A DNA stretch of 30,631 bases from Gemmatimonadales bacterium (GCA_035703025.1 DASSYY010000054.1:1-30631), one strand, 5' to 3'. Positions 1 through 11,496 are shown, numbered from the stretch's first letter. Notes: generated by a model from the letters alone, not told the origin. A program made the numbers and translations.

Positions 1-744
1 GAGCCGGCCGGTGTGCACGATGGAGAAGAGCGGCAGGTCCGCCGGCACGGCGCCGCGAAAATCGTCTTCGTCGTAGCCGTTGGGGATGACGTACATCGGA
101 GGCCGGTCGGCGACCGCCACCCGGGAGAAGGCGTAGTCGACGATGTGGGCGTCCACCGCCACGACCGCCGCCGCGTCCCGGAGCATCCGCCCTTCGAGTC
201 GCCGCTCGAGCTCGGCCAGGGGCACCGGCCGCCGGGGGGCGTAGTGGTAGTTCGTCCAGGAGTCGCGGAAATCGGCGACGTACGGGATGCCGAGGCGCGC
301 GGCGACAGTGTGCGCGACGAGGATCGCGGTCGGGGGTAACGAGGTGCCGACAACGGCGTCCCACGGCGCCGCGCGCCCACGCCGCAACGCCGCGCGCACG
401 GCAAACGGGTACCAGAGCGCCTGCGAGTCGGGGATCAGCCAGGCCTTGGGATGAAGGACCCCCCGTCTCCTGACCCGAGCGCCGGCCCCGCCGGACGCAC
501 CGCCGCCGCTCGATCCGCCGTAGAACATCGAGAACTCCGGGGCCCGCGACCGGATGACCTCCACGCCGGGCACCTGGGAGAGCAGGGTCGGATCCTCGGT
601 CAGACCGGCGGTCGGCTGCGCGCCGGTCAGCACCGTGGGGCTCCAGCCGAACTCGGGCAGGTACTTCACCAGCTTCATGGCGCGCTCCACCGACACGTGG
701 CTGGTCGGCGGGAAGTTCCGGGTCACGAGGAGGACGTGTCGCAT
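1..744 (-). CDS. Glycosyltransferase, GT-B/GT4 family; partial, C-terminus runs off the left edge
   Basis: Not in the ORF track because no stop lies in the window. Manual translation from ATG at 744: MRHVLLVTRNFPPTSHVSVERAMKLVKYLPEFGWSPTVLT...PYVADFRDSW...VIPNGYDEDDF, typical of GT4 N-terminal domains. Starts 5 bp after the stop of the upstream GT. Confidence 0.85.
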   Translation of the reverse strand, partial: MRHVLLVTRNFPPTSHVSVERAMKLVKYLPEFGWSPTVLTGAQPTAGLTEDPTLLSQVPGVEVIRSRAPEFSMFYGGSSGGGASGGAGARVRRRGVLHPKAWLIPDSQALWYPFAVRAALRRGRAAPWDAVVGTSLPPTAILVAHTVAARLGIPYVADFRDSWTNYHYAPRRPVPLAELERRLEGRMLRDAAAVVAVDAHIVDYAFSRVAVADRPPMYVIPNGYDEDDFRGAVPADLPLFSIVHTGRL

Positions 745-749
745 GCGGC

Positions 750-1949
750 CTAGCTCACGGTCTCGCGGGCGCCCGTACCGTCGAATCGGCGCGCCAGCTC
801 GCCGGCGATCGCGGCCACGTCGAACTCCGCCTCCACTCGGCGCCGGCCCGCCCTGGCGAGCTCCGCCCGAAGCGTCATCGAGCCGAGGACTCGGGCCAGC
901 GCGTCCTCCAGCGCGTCGACGTCCCGCGGCGGAACCAGGAGGCCGGCGTCCCGCTCGAGCAGCTCCGGCACTCCCCCGACGGCCGTCGCGACCACCGGCA
1001 CACCGTAGGCCATGGCCTCGACCAGGGCCACGCTCAGGCCCTCGTGCAGGCTCGGGAGCACGACGCAGTCCACCTGCCGCTCGCGGTACATCGCGAGCAG
1101 CTCCGCGTGCGGCACGGTATCCAGCATCCGCACGCGGCCGCCGAGTCCGAGCTCGCCGATCCGACGCTCTACGGCATCCCGCTCGGGGCCGTCTCCCGCC
1201 AGCCAGAGCTCGAACCCGATGCCGCGTGCGGCAAGCCGCGCGGCCGCGTCGAGGAGGTAGCCGTGCCCCTTGATGGGGACGAGCCGCGCGGGACAGAGCA
1301 GGATCGGCCGGGCGCGCGACGGCACGCCTTCGGTGGGCGCGGGCGGCAGCGAGACGCCCATGTGCACCACGACGGCGCGCTCGCGGGCATCCGGCGTGAG
1401 CATCGGCCGTGCGGTCTCCAGCATCTCCCGCGCGATGAAGCGCCCGAACCTCGCCGATCGCAGCTTCTCGGACAGCAGGTTGTTGAGCAGCACGTCGTAG
1501 CGGTGCGCCGTGAAGCTCCAGGGGATGCCGCTGGAGGCGCTCGCGCCCATGGCGAGCGTCGCCGTGAGGTGCGCCCAATGGGCGTGGATGTGGTCGGCGC
1601 CCCAGCCCCGGGCGACTCGCGCGAGCCACAAGCCTTGCGCGGTGGCCACTGCATTCGAGTAGGCGCGGCGGCGCGGCCGGGTCCGGCGGAGACGCCAGAA
1701 CGCGCCGATGGTCCGCCGCGGCGTGCGGGCCAGGGCGGCAGCTACGGCGGCCAGGACCGCGCCGCGGCCGGGCAGCCGCCGCGTTCGGGACAACAGGGCG
1801 TCGACGTTGTCGTGGACCACCGGCTCGTGCGAGAGCCTGGGGACGATCAGCAGCTCGTGGCCGGCCGCGAGCAGGGCCTCGACCTCCGGCACCACGAAGG
1901 TCTCGCCGGTGCCGAACGGCAGCCGCTGGGTCACGTAGACGATTCTCAC
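750..1949 (-). CDS. GT4 glycosyltransferase (WcaL-like), about 399 aa
   Basis: C-terminal part of ORF 750..3056. GTG start (VRIVYVTQRLPFG) overlaps the wzx stop as GTGA. Motifs HIHAHW, RLVPIKG and the EX7E motif EGLSVALVEAMAYG. Confidence 0.9.
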   Translation of the reverse strand: MRIVYVTQRLPFGTGETFVVPEVEALLAAGHELLIVPRLSHEPVVHDNVDALLSRTRRLPGRGAVLAAVAAALARTPRRTIGAFWRLRRTRPRRRAYSNAVATAQGLWLARVARGWGADHIHAHWAHLTATLAMGASASSGIPWSFTAHRYDVLLNNLLSEKLRSARFGRFIAREMLETARPMLTPDARERAVVVHMGVSLPPAPTEGVPSRARPILLCPARLVPIKGHGYLLDAAARLAARGIGFELWLAGDGPERDAVERRIGELGLGGRVRMLDTVPHAELLAMYRERQVDCVVLPSLHEGLSVALVEAMAYGVPVVATAVGGVPELLERDAGLLVPPRDVDALEDALARVLGSMTLRAELARAGRRRVEAEFDVAAIAGELARRFDGTGARETVS

Positions 1950-3454
1950 GGGGCCGCGGTCCCCGCGGCCGGACCGGGGCCCGGACGGAACAGACGCGCG
2001 GCGGTCGCCGACCGGAGGACGACGACGTAGTACGCCGGGAGCGCCAGACCTGCCGCCACGATCGCCAGCCGGCCGCTGCCGCCATAGAGCGCGGCCGCCG
2101 CCGGGAGCAGGCAGACGGCGGCCAGCGCCAACAGTCGGGCGGCGGGGTCGAGCAGGCGGACGATCGAGCTGTGGCCCGCGTGCAGGTCGCGGGCGATCGA
2201 CGCCAGCGAGATCACGACGCCGCTCGCCGAGAGCAGCCCCACGGCCAGCATCGGCGAGCCCCGCCTGGTGCCGATGATCAGGGCCCCGAGCCGAAGCGTG
2301 AACTCCCCCAGCGTGAAGGCCAGCGCCGACCCCTGCCACTCCCGCACGCTCAGCAGGCCGGCGAGCGGGTTGCTGACCAGCCAGACCACGAACCACGGCG
2401 CCAGCGCCTGGGCATAGCGGCCGGCCTGCTCCCACTGATGGCCCATCACCATGCCGAAGAGCTGCGGGCCGGCGAGACCGACGAGGCCGAACACCGGCAG
2501 CCCGCATCCGAAGAGCGCCAGCGCGGTCCGCTCCGTGAGGCGGCGGAGCTGCTCGGGCTCGCGAGCGAGCGCCGATGCCCGGGCGAGGAAGACCTGGGCC
2601 ACCGCCTGCGCCACCAGCATGGTCGGCAGCACCAGCATCTTGTAGCTGAGCGCATAGAGCCCGGCCGCCGCGGCGCCGAAGCTGGCCGCGAACATGATCG
2701 ACGGCAGTTGCAGGCTGCCGACGTTGAGCAGTCCGGACCAGGTCGTGAGCAGGGGGAACCGGCGGTAGCGCCCCGCGGCGGCGGCGAGGCTCGCCCGCGT
2801 GACCCGGGCGAACGGGCGGTCGCGCGAGGCCAGCAAGGCGAGCCCACCCCCGCCCGCCACCCGTCCGATCACGTCGCCGATGAGAAGTCCCGGCGCCCCC
2901 AGCTTGAGGACGCCGAGCCCGAGCTGAGCGACCACCTGTCCCGCGCCCTGGCTCAGCTTGGTGCGAGCGATACGGCTGAAAGCCCGGCGCCGAATGGCCC
3001 AGTAGGAGAGTGCCTGATAGGTGCCCGCGCCGAGCAGGCCCACCGGCAGCAGCCACAGGAAGGGTCGGAGCTGCTCGACGTTCGCGCGGGCGACGAAGGC
3101 GTCACCCACGAGCCACACGAGCAGGGCCACCGCCACCACCATGCCGGCGAGCACGAGCAGCGTCAGGGCGAGCACCGACCCGGCGACGTCCTCATCCTCC
3201 GGCAGCGGGATAGCCGATTCGTAGCGGAGCGAGGCCAGCACCAGCAGCACGGTCAGGGTCGAGGAGTATACCGCGAGCGTGCCGTAATCCGCGGGCGTGT
3301 AGAGCCGGGTGAGCAGCGGCGTCGCGAGCACCAGCATGAGCTGGGCGATCGCGGTGCCGGATGCGAGCGTCACCACGTGCCGCGCAAACCCTCCCCCCGC
3401 CCGGCGCCAGCGGAGCAGAGGGAAGAATCGCGGCCGAGCCGACGGCTCAGGCAT
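1946..3454 (-). CDS. wzx: Wzx-type oligosaccharide flippase / polysaccharide biosynthesis protein
   Basis: Many hydrophobic segments; N-terminal VVTLASGTAIAQLMLVLATPLLTRLYTPADYG and RYESAIPLP are typical of Wzx. Start at ATG 3454, or GTG 3487. Confidence 0.85.
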   Translation of the reverse strand: MPEPSARPRFFPLLRWRRAGGGFARHVVTLASGTAIAQLMLVLATPLLTRLYTPADYGTLAVYSSTLTVLLVLASLRYESAIPLPEDEDVAGSVLALTLLVLAGMVVAVALLVWLVGDAFVARANVEQLRPFLWLLPVGLLGAGTYQALSYWAIRRRAFSRIARTKLSQGAGQVVAQLGLGVLKLGAPGLLIGDVIGRVAGGGGLALLASRDRPFARVTRASLAAAAGRYRRFPLLTTWSGLLNVGSLQLPSIMFAASFGAAAAGLYALSYKMLVLPTMLVAQAVAQVFLARASALAREPEQLRRLTERTALALFGCGLPVFGLVGLAGPQLFGMVMGHQWEQAGRYAQALAPWFVVWLVSNPLAGLLSVREWQGSALAFTLGEFTLRLGALIIGTRRGSPMLAVGLLSASGVVISLASIARDLHAGHSSIVRLLDPAARLLALAAVCLLPAAAALYGGSGRLAIVAAGLALPAYYVVVLRSATAARLFRPGPGPAAGTAAP

Positions 3455-3521
3455 GGTGTCCGGGGTCGGCTGTGGGGGTGTCGGCACTGTACCACCTTAC
3501 CGCCAAGGGTCGTCCGGGGGC

Positions 3522-3535
3522 GTGACGGCTGTCAC
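3522..3535. promoter_or_regulatory. Palindrome GTGAC-GGCT-GTCAC (GTGA-N6-TCAC, CRP/FNR-family-like) in the divergent wzx/rhodanese spacer
   Basis: Perfect 5-bp inverted repeat read directly; the same arms recur at 23267-23280. Confidence 0.45.
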
Positions 3536-3577
3536 CCCGGGGTGTCGCTCGGCGGGCTGGTGGGCCAAATTGAAAGG

Positions 3578-4207
3578 ATGGACGCCGATCTCGAGCAGGA
3601 CACGGCGGGACGGTGGGACCGGGCCCGGCGGTCGCAGGCGCGCCGGCCCTGGCTCGGGCTGTTCTTTACGGTGGTGGTCCTTCCGATCCTGATCGGGGCC
3701 GCCGTAGTGCTGATCGCCGGCCGCGGGGTGGCGTTCGAGGTGGTCCGGCGGCTCACGGCCCGCAAGTTCCCGGACGTCCAGTGGATCGACCGCGCCGAGC
3801 TGGCGCGGTGGCGGGAGGACCCGGGCCGCACCGCGCCGATGGTGGTCGATGCCCGGACCGTGGCGGAATACGAGGTGAGCCACCTGCGGGACGCGATCCG
3901 CATCGACGCCGGCCGCCCCAGCCTGCGTCCGCTCGCGGCCCGCGCCAAGAACGATCCGATCGTGGTGTACGCCTCGGTGGGCTACCGCGGCGCCCGGCTG
4001 GCGCACTGGCTGGCCGGCCAGGGATACACCAACGTGCGCAACCTCGCCGGCGGCATCTTCCAGTGGGCCAACGAGGACCGTCCGGTCTTCCGGGACGGCC
4101 GCCCGACCACGGAAGTGCATCCCTATGACCGGCGCTGGGGATACGCCCTCGAATCGCGGTTCCGGGCCGCGGTCCCCGACGTCGAGACCCCGTTCGCGGC
4201 TCCCTGA
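3578..4207 (+). CDS. Membrane-anchored rhodanese-like domain protein with the catalytic Cys replaced by Ala
   Basis: C-terminal 209 aa of ORF 2171..4207, from ATG 3578. One TM segment (WLGLFFTVVVLPILIGAAVVLIA), then VDART..EYEVSHLRDAI, VVYASVGYRG and NLAGGIFQWAN. Confidence 0.85.
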   Translation: MDADLEQDTAGRWDRARRSQARRPWLGLFFTVVVLPILIGAAVVLIAGRGVAFEVVRRLTARKFPDVQWIDRAELARWREDPGRTAPMVVDARTVAEYEVSHLRDAIRIDAGRPSLRPLAARAKNDPIVVYASVGYRGARLAHWLAGQGYTNVRNLAGGIFQWANEDRPVFRDGRPTTEVHPYDRRWGYALESRFRAAVPDVETPFAAP

Positions 4208-4216
4208 CCCCGGCGC

Positions 4217-4711
4217 TCAGGAGATCGACGGCGCTCCGCGTCCCTCGTCGTCGTCGTCCGCCTCTCCGCTCCGGTTCCAGATGTCGGCCGTCAGCTTCCA
4301 GACCCCGTCACGCTGCCGCTTGAGGCACATGACGTACTTGCCCGAGTCCGCCGGCTCCTCGTCGGTGGCGGGCAGGTTATACCGGCCCACGAGATACCCC
4401 AGATTGCCGTCGACCTCGACCGTCAGGGTAGACACCTCGAGCCCCTCGTCGGTGCCCTGGCGCCAGAACTCCCCGATGGCGGCCCGGCCCCGGACCGGCT
4501 CGTGATCGGGCGGCAGCAGCACGGCGTCGTCCGCATACAGCGAGGCCAGCGCCTCGGCGTCCCCCTGGTTCGAGGCGTCCACGTAGCGCTGGACTGCCGC
4601 CTCGATGGCCTTCCGGGAGCCTGCCTCCCCCTGGCTCTGGCCCTGCCCGCAGGCCGCCACGAGGGCCAGCGAAAGGGTCACAACCGGCCATCTGACGGCC
4701 CAAGCTGTCAT
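4217..4711 (-). CDS. SnoaL-like/DUF4440 (NTF2-fold, YybH-like) lipoprotein
   Basis: LASLYADDAVLLPPD...GRAAI, GKYVMCLKRQRDGVWKLTADIWN; lipobox LVAA-C. Start uncertain; ATG 4711 chosen. Confidence 0.8.
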   Translation of the reverse strand: MTAWAVRWPVVTLSLALVAACGQGQSQGEAGSRKAIEAAVQRYVDASNQGDAEALASLYADDAVLLPPDHEPVRGRAAIGEFWRQGTDEGLEVSTLTVEVDGNLGYLVGRYNLPATDEEPADSGKYVMCLKRQRDGVWKLTADIWNRSGEADDDDEGRGAPSIS

Positions 4712-4713
4712 TC

Positions 4714-4734
4714 TGGCGCTAATCTTGCTAGATT
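4714..4734 (+). promoter_or_regulatory. Candidate promoter for the HNH gene: sigma54-like TGGCGC-N5-TTGCT overlapping an extended -10 TG-C-TAGATT
   Basis: GG at 4715-16 and GC at 4727-28 have the -24/-12 spacing; TAGATT at 4729-34. The spacer is relatively AT-rich. Confidence 0.4.
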
Positions 4735-4866
4735 TATCGGTCGTTCCCGATTGGTCTGCTTGGCAGGCCATCATGTTTACCCTCAAACTGGATCTTTGTG
4801 GCTCGCAGATCACGCAACCGAAGCGCCGTTTCCACCACCAGCTTTCGCCGCTCACCCGGCCGCTCC

Positions 4867-5184
4867 ATGCAGTCCCACCGCGACTGGCTCCTCGACCTCC
4901 ACGGTTCGGTGTGCGCCTATTGCGGGACCGAGACGCCTCCTGAAATCATCACGCTGGACCACGTTCGTCCCCGCCGTGGGCAGACCGCCTACGACCGTCC
5001 GGACAATCTGGTTCTGGCCTGCAGGGAGTGCAACGCGGCCAAGGCCGATACCCCGCTGGTCGCCTTTCTGATGCAGAAGCGCGCCCGCGGCGTCTATCTC
5101 CTGCACTACGGTGAGCACCTCTCGGACCCGCTCAAGGAGCTGGCCCGTCAGGCGTCCGAACGGCCGATGCTGCCGAAGGACTGA
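4867..5184 (+). CDS. Small stand-alone HNH endonuclease (Zn-finger HNH), 105 aa
   Basis: CAYCG...TLDHVRP...DNLVLACRECNAAK gives CxxC + HNH + CxxC. The start could be GTG 4798. Confidence 0.88.
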   Translation: MQSHRDWLLDLHGSVCAYCGTETPPEIITLDHVRPRRGQTAYDRPDNLVLACRECNAAKADTPLVAFLMQKRARGVYLLHYGEHLSDPLKELARQASERPMLPKD

Positions 5185-5209
5185 ACGGCTGGGCGAATGG
5201 AGACGAGGG

Positions 5210-5237
5210 AGGGCGGCCGAGCATGGCCGCCCTTTTT
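5210..5237 (+). terminator. Rho-independent terminator after the HNH gene
   Basis: AGGGCGGCC-GAGCAT-GGCCGCCCT followed by a T-tract (TTTTT at 5233-5237). Confidence 0.8.
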
Positions 5238-5288
5238 GCGTCCGGAAGTTGTGGGCGCGGCAGGTCACAGACGTACAGGGTTCAGGCG

Positions 5289-5297
5289 TGTTAGGAT
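5289..5297 (+). promoter_or_regulatory. Candidate extended -10 (TG-T-TAGGAT) for the DUF1440 gene
   Basis: Lies between the terminator and the strong SD AGGAGGT (5351-5357). No convincing -35. Confidence 0.35.
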
Positions 5298-5362
5298 GAA
5301 CCTCGTCACCGTGGGCTCCGAGCGACGCACTCGGCCCAGCCTATCCAGCCAGGAGGTGTTCG

Positions 5363-5869
5363 ATGGCCCGATCCAGGGAATCCAGCGTTCGACAGGACAT
5401 CATCAAGGGCGCCATCGCCGGGGCCGTCGCCACATGGGTGATGGGCAAGGTGACCACCGCCATGTACGAGCGGGAGGACCGCTGGGTCCGGCGGGCGGAG
5501 GACGACGTGCGGGGCGGCAAGACCTCCTACGGCGCCGCGGCCGACAAGGCCGCCCGGCTGGCAGGGACCTCCCTCGGCCCGGAGCAGCGGGAGCAGCTCG
5601 GCTCGGCCATCCACTGGGCCCTGGGCATCGGTGCCGGGGCCGCGTACGCGGTGCTCCGCCGCCGCTTCCACTCCATCGGCCGGACCGCGGGGCTCGGCTT
5701 CGGGACCGTCTTCTGGGCGGTGCTCGACGAGGGATTGGTTCCCGCGCTCGGCCTGACTCCCGGCCCACGTGCGTTTCCGTGGCAGACTCACGCGCGCGGG
5801 CTGGCGGGCCACGTCACCTTCGGAACCGTCACCGACGGGACGCTTCGCCTGCTCGACGCTGTCGCCTGA
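5363..5869 (+). CDS. DUF1440-like (YagU-like) membrane protein, 168 aa
   Basis: SD AGGAGGT before the ATG; GAIAGAVATWVM, IHWALG.GAG..Y, GFG..FW..LDE..VPALGL, HARGLAGHVTFG. Family assigned from memory of the pattern. Confidence 0.7.
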   Translation: MARSRESSVRQDIIKGAIAGAVATWVMGKVTTAMYEREDRWVRRAEDDVRGGKTSYGAAADKAARLAGTSLGPEQREQLGSAIHWALGIGAGAAYAVLRRRFHSIGRTAGLGFGTVFWAVLDEGLVPALGLTPGPRAFPWQTHARGLAGHVTFGTVTDGTLRLLDAVA

Positions 5870-5896
5870 TCGCTCCTCCGCCGATCCGGGACGCAA

Positions 5897-5925
5897 GAAA
5901 GGGCGGCCATCTCGGCCGCCCTTTC
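5897..5925. terminator. Likely bidirectional terminator between the convergent DUF1440 and kgd genes
   Basis: Perfect 12-bp stem GAAAGGGCGGCC-ATCTC-GGCCGCCCTTTC with A/T-rich flanks. Confidence 0.8.
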
Positions 5926-5946
5926 CCCTTTCAGCCCTCCGGCGGA

Positions 5947-9675
<3,729 letters not shown>

Positions 9676-9737
9676 CCCGACGGGTGAGCACGGAGCAGGG
9701 GGCCGGCGCGACCGGCGCCTCTGGAGTGGGAGGGCGA

Positions 9738-9766
9738 AAGATAACCGTCCGGCAGGGGGTTGGCAG
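9738..9766 (-). promoter_or_regulatory. Candidate sigma70-type promoter of kgd: CTGCCA-17bp-TATCTT
   Basis: Reverse complement of 9761-9766 (-35) and 9738-9743 (-10), with an exact 17-bp spacer. Confidence 0.5.
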
Positions 9767-9948
9767 CACTGTCTCGGGGTGTGGAGTCCATGCGCGGGGG
9801 GCCTGGACGTCCTCATAGGTCACACGGGTGCGACGCAGCGTAGCCCGAGGGTGCCATCCCCTACGTGGGCCGTCATCCCGGGGCCAGTGAAGGCCTTGCC
9901 GGCCGACTTCGACGCCGCACCGGCTTTCCCTGCCCGCAAGGAGCGATC

Positions 9949-10677
9949 GTGACATCTCGTGCATGCCTGGCAACCACCATCCCCATCGCCCGCGCGCTCA
10001 GTCTGGCGCTCGCGGCCCTCGCGGGTTGCGGCGGCGGGGATCGCGCGGCGCCGGACCCGCCCGAGCTCGTGATCGCCAAACCCGAGGTCGGGAGCGGCGA
10101 CGCCCAGGTGGCGGCCGCGGGCACCATGCTTCCCGAGGACCTCCGCGTCGTCGTTACCAGCGACGACCTGCCCGTCGCCGGGGTCCAGGTGGCCTGGGCA
10201 ACCTCCGAGGGTACGGTGACGCCCGTGCTGGACACCACCGACGCCGGGGGCGTCAGCACGGCGCGCTGGACCCTCAAGCGTCTGTTCGCCCAGCAGGTGG
10301 CCGGCGCCTCGCTCGTGGACGGAGGCGCCACCCCGGTCCGCTTCACCGCGATCGCGACCCCCGACCCCAACGCGCGCAACACGGTACTGGTGCGCGGCGA
10401 TGGCGAGAACCGCTTCGACCCCGCCGAGATCACCATCGCGGTGGGCGACACGGTCAACTGGCTCTGGCCCCAGGGCAGCGAGGGGCACAACGTGGTGCCC
10501 GACGACGGCGACACCCCGCCACAGTCCGGGCCGCTCGGCGGCTACCCCAGGTTCCACAGCTTCCGGTTCGCCGCCCCGGGCGTGTACCGCTATCACTGCA
10601 TGGCGCACGGCGCCGCCGGCGGGGTCGGCATGTCGGGCACGGTCAGGGTGCTGGCGTCGCCGGGCCCCGTGCCGTGA
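9949..10677 (+). CDS. Lipoprotein: Ig-like (Big_1-like) domain + plastocyanin/azurin-family type-1 copper domain (paralog 1)
   Basis: SD AAGGAG then GTG 9949; lipobox LAG-C; beta-rich domain with TTDAGGVSTARW; Cu ligands H(NVV) and C-MA-H-x7-M. Confidence 0.88.
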   Translation: MTSRACLATTIPIARALSLALAALAGCGGGDRAAPDPPELVIAKPEVGSGDAQVAAAGTMLPEDLRVVVTSDDLPVAGVQVAWATSEGTVTPVLDTTDAGGVSTARWTLKRLFAQQVAGASLVDGGATPVRFTAIATPDPNARNTVLVRGDGENRFDPAEITIAVGDTVNWLWPQGSEGHNVVPDDGDTPPQSGPLGGYPRFHSFRFAAPGVYRYHCMAHGAAGGVGMSGTVRVLASPGPVP

Positions 10678-10679
10678 GG

Positions 10680-10704
10680 CCGGCGGCCTTGCGGATGCCG
10701 CCGG
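10680..10704 (+). other. GC hairpin between the two cupredoxin genes, no U-tract
   Basis: CCGGCGGC-CTTGCGGAT-GCCGCCGG, 8-bp perfect stem. Confidence 0.45.
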
Positions 10705-10757
10705 ACCGGGTAAGGTCAGGTTTCGGACTTCAGTCGCATCATTCAAGGGGGCGTGAC

Positions 10758-11459
10758 ATGCAGATACAGGCGGGTCGTACGTGGGTCTTCGGGGTCGCAG
10801 CCGCGCTGCTGGCCGGGGCCTGCGGATCCGACAACACGAGTCCCGAGTCGCGTCCGATCATCGCGAAGGCGGCGACCAAGAGCGGCGACCTGCAGAGCGG
10901 GCCGGTGAGCCTGGCACTGCCCAACGATCTCCGCGTGGTGGTCACCCGCGACGGGGCGCCGGCCTCCGACGTAACGGTCACCTGGTCCACCGGCAGCGGC
11001 AGCGTCGCGCCGACCAGCGATCAGACCGACCTGGACGGATTGAGCACCAGCACCTGGATTCTGGGCAGCACGCCGGGCGTGGTAACGGCGACCGCCAGCG
11101 TGCCGAATGCCACCGGGTCGCCGGTCACCTTCAGCGCGACCGCCACCCCGCCCAGCGGACCGGGTGGGACGATCGTGCAGGTTCTGACGGAAGGCGGGAC
11201 ACGGTTCGAGCCCAAAGACATCACGGTCACCGTCGGCACCACGGTGACGTGGGTCTGGGGGACCAATGCGGTAGGTCACAACGTGGTGCCCGACAACGGC
11301 GACATCCCGGCCACGAGCGGCGGCCTGGTCAGCGCGCCGCACGACTACCAGTACACCTTCGCCGAGCTCGGCACGTTCGCCTACCACTGCCTGGCGCACG
11401 GCAACGTGGGCGGCGTCGGCATGTCCGGGACGGTTACCGTGGTGGCGACGGCGCCTTGA
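10758..11459 (+). CDS. Lipoprotein: Ig-like domain + type-1 copper cupredoxin domain (paralog 2)
   Basis: C-terminal 233 aa of ORF 9963..11459, from ATG 10758 after AAGGGGG. Lipobox AGA-C; QTDLDGLSTSTW; GHNVVPDNGD; YHCLAHGNVGGVGMSGTV. Confidence 0.88.
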   Translation: MQIQAGRTWVFGVAAALLAGACGSDNTSPESRPIIAKAATKSGDLQSGPVSLALPNDLRVVVTRDGAPASDVTVTWSTGSGSVAPTSDQTDLDGLSTSTWILGSTPGVVTATASVPNATGSPVTFSATATPPSGPGGTIVQVLTEGGTRFEPKDITVTVGTTVTWVWGTNAVGHNVVPDNGDIPATSGGLVSAPHDYQYTFAELGTFAYHCLAHGNVGGVGMSGTVTVVATAP

Positions 11460-11465
11460 ACCGCG

Positions 11466-11496
11466 CGCGGGCGGGTGAGCCTCTTACCCGCCCGCG
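11466..11496. terminator. Strong hairpin at the convergence of cupredoxin 2 and glpD; overlaps the glpD stop
   Basis: CGCGGGCGGGT (11466-76) pairs perfectly with ACCCGCCCGCG (11486-96). No U-tract. Confidence 0.55.

Noticed and set aside
750-3056. 768-aa ORF suggesting a long N-terminal extension on the GT4; likewise the long versions of 2171..4207, 11484..13688, 13603..17130 and 18347..20731
   Set aside because: The extensions overlap other real genes and are low-complexity; downstream starts with stop/start coupling or homolog-like N-termini fit better.
4867-5184. HNH gene as part of a prophage, group I intron or IS (IscB/TnpB-like)
   Set aside because: No phage genes, intron-split host gene, RuvC motifs, transposase or terminal repeats; composition matches the neighbours.
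9676-9948. 273-bp kgd/cupredoxin spacer as a possible riboswitch or ncRNA
   Set aside because: I could not recognise any conserved RNA motif; two divergent promoters explain the length. An Infernal/Rfam scan would settle it.
10675-10716. TGA followed immediately by a hairpin, resembling a SECIS / selenocysteine readthrough
   Set aside because: Readthrough would add only about 11 residues before TAA, the cupredoxin fold is already complete, and the codon is not at a catalytic position.
9963-11459. The frame of cupredoxin 2 is open through all of cupredoxin 1, and G_GGC_CCC near the end of gene 1 could allow a -1 frameshift fusion
   Set aside because: The heptamer is not a canonical slippery site (Y should be A/U), gene 2 has its own SD and lipoprotein signal, and long open off-frames are common here.
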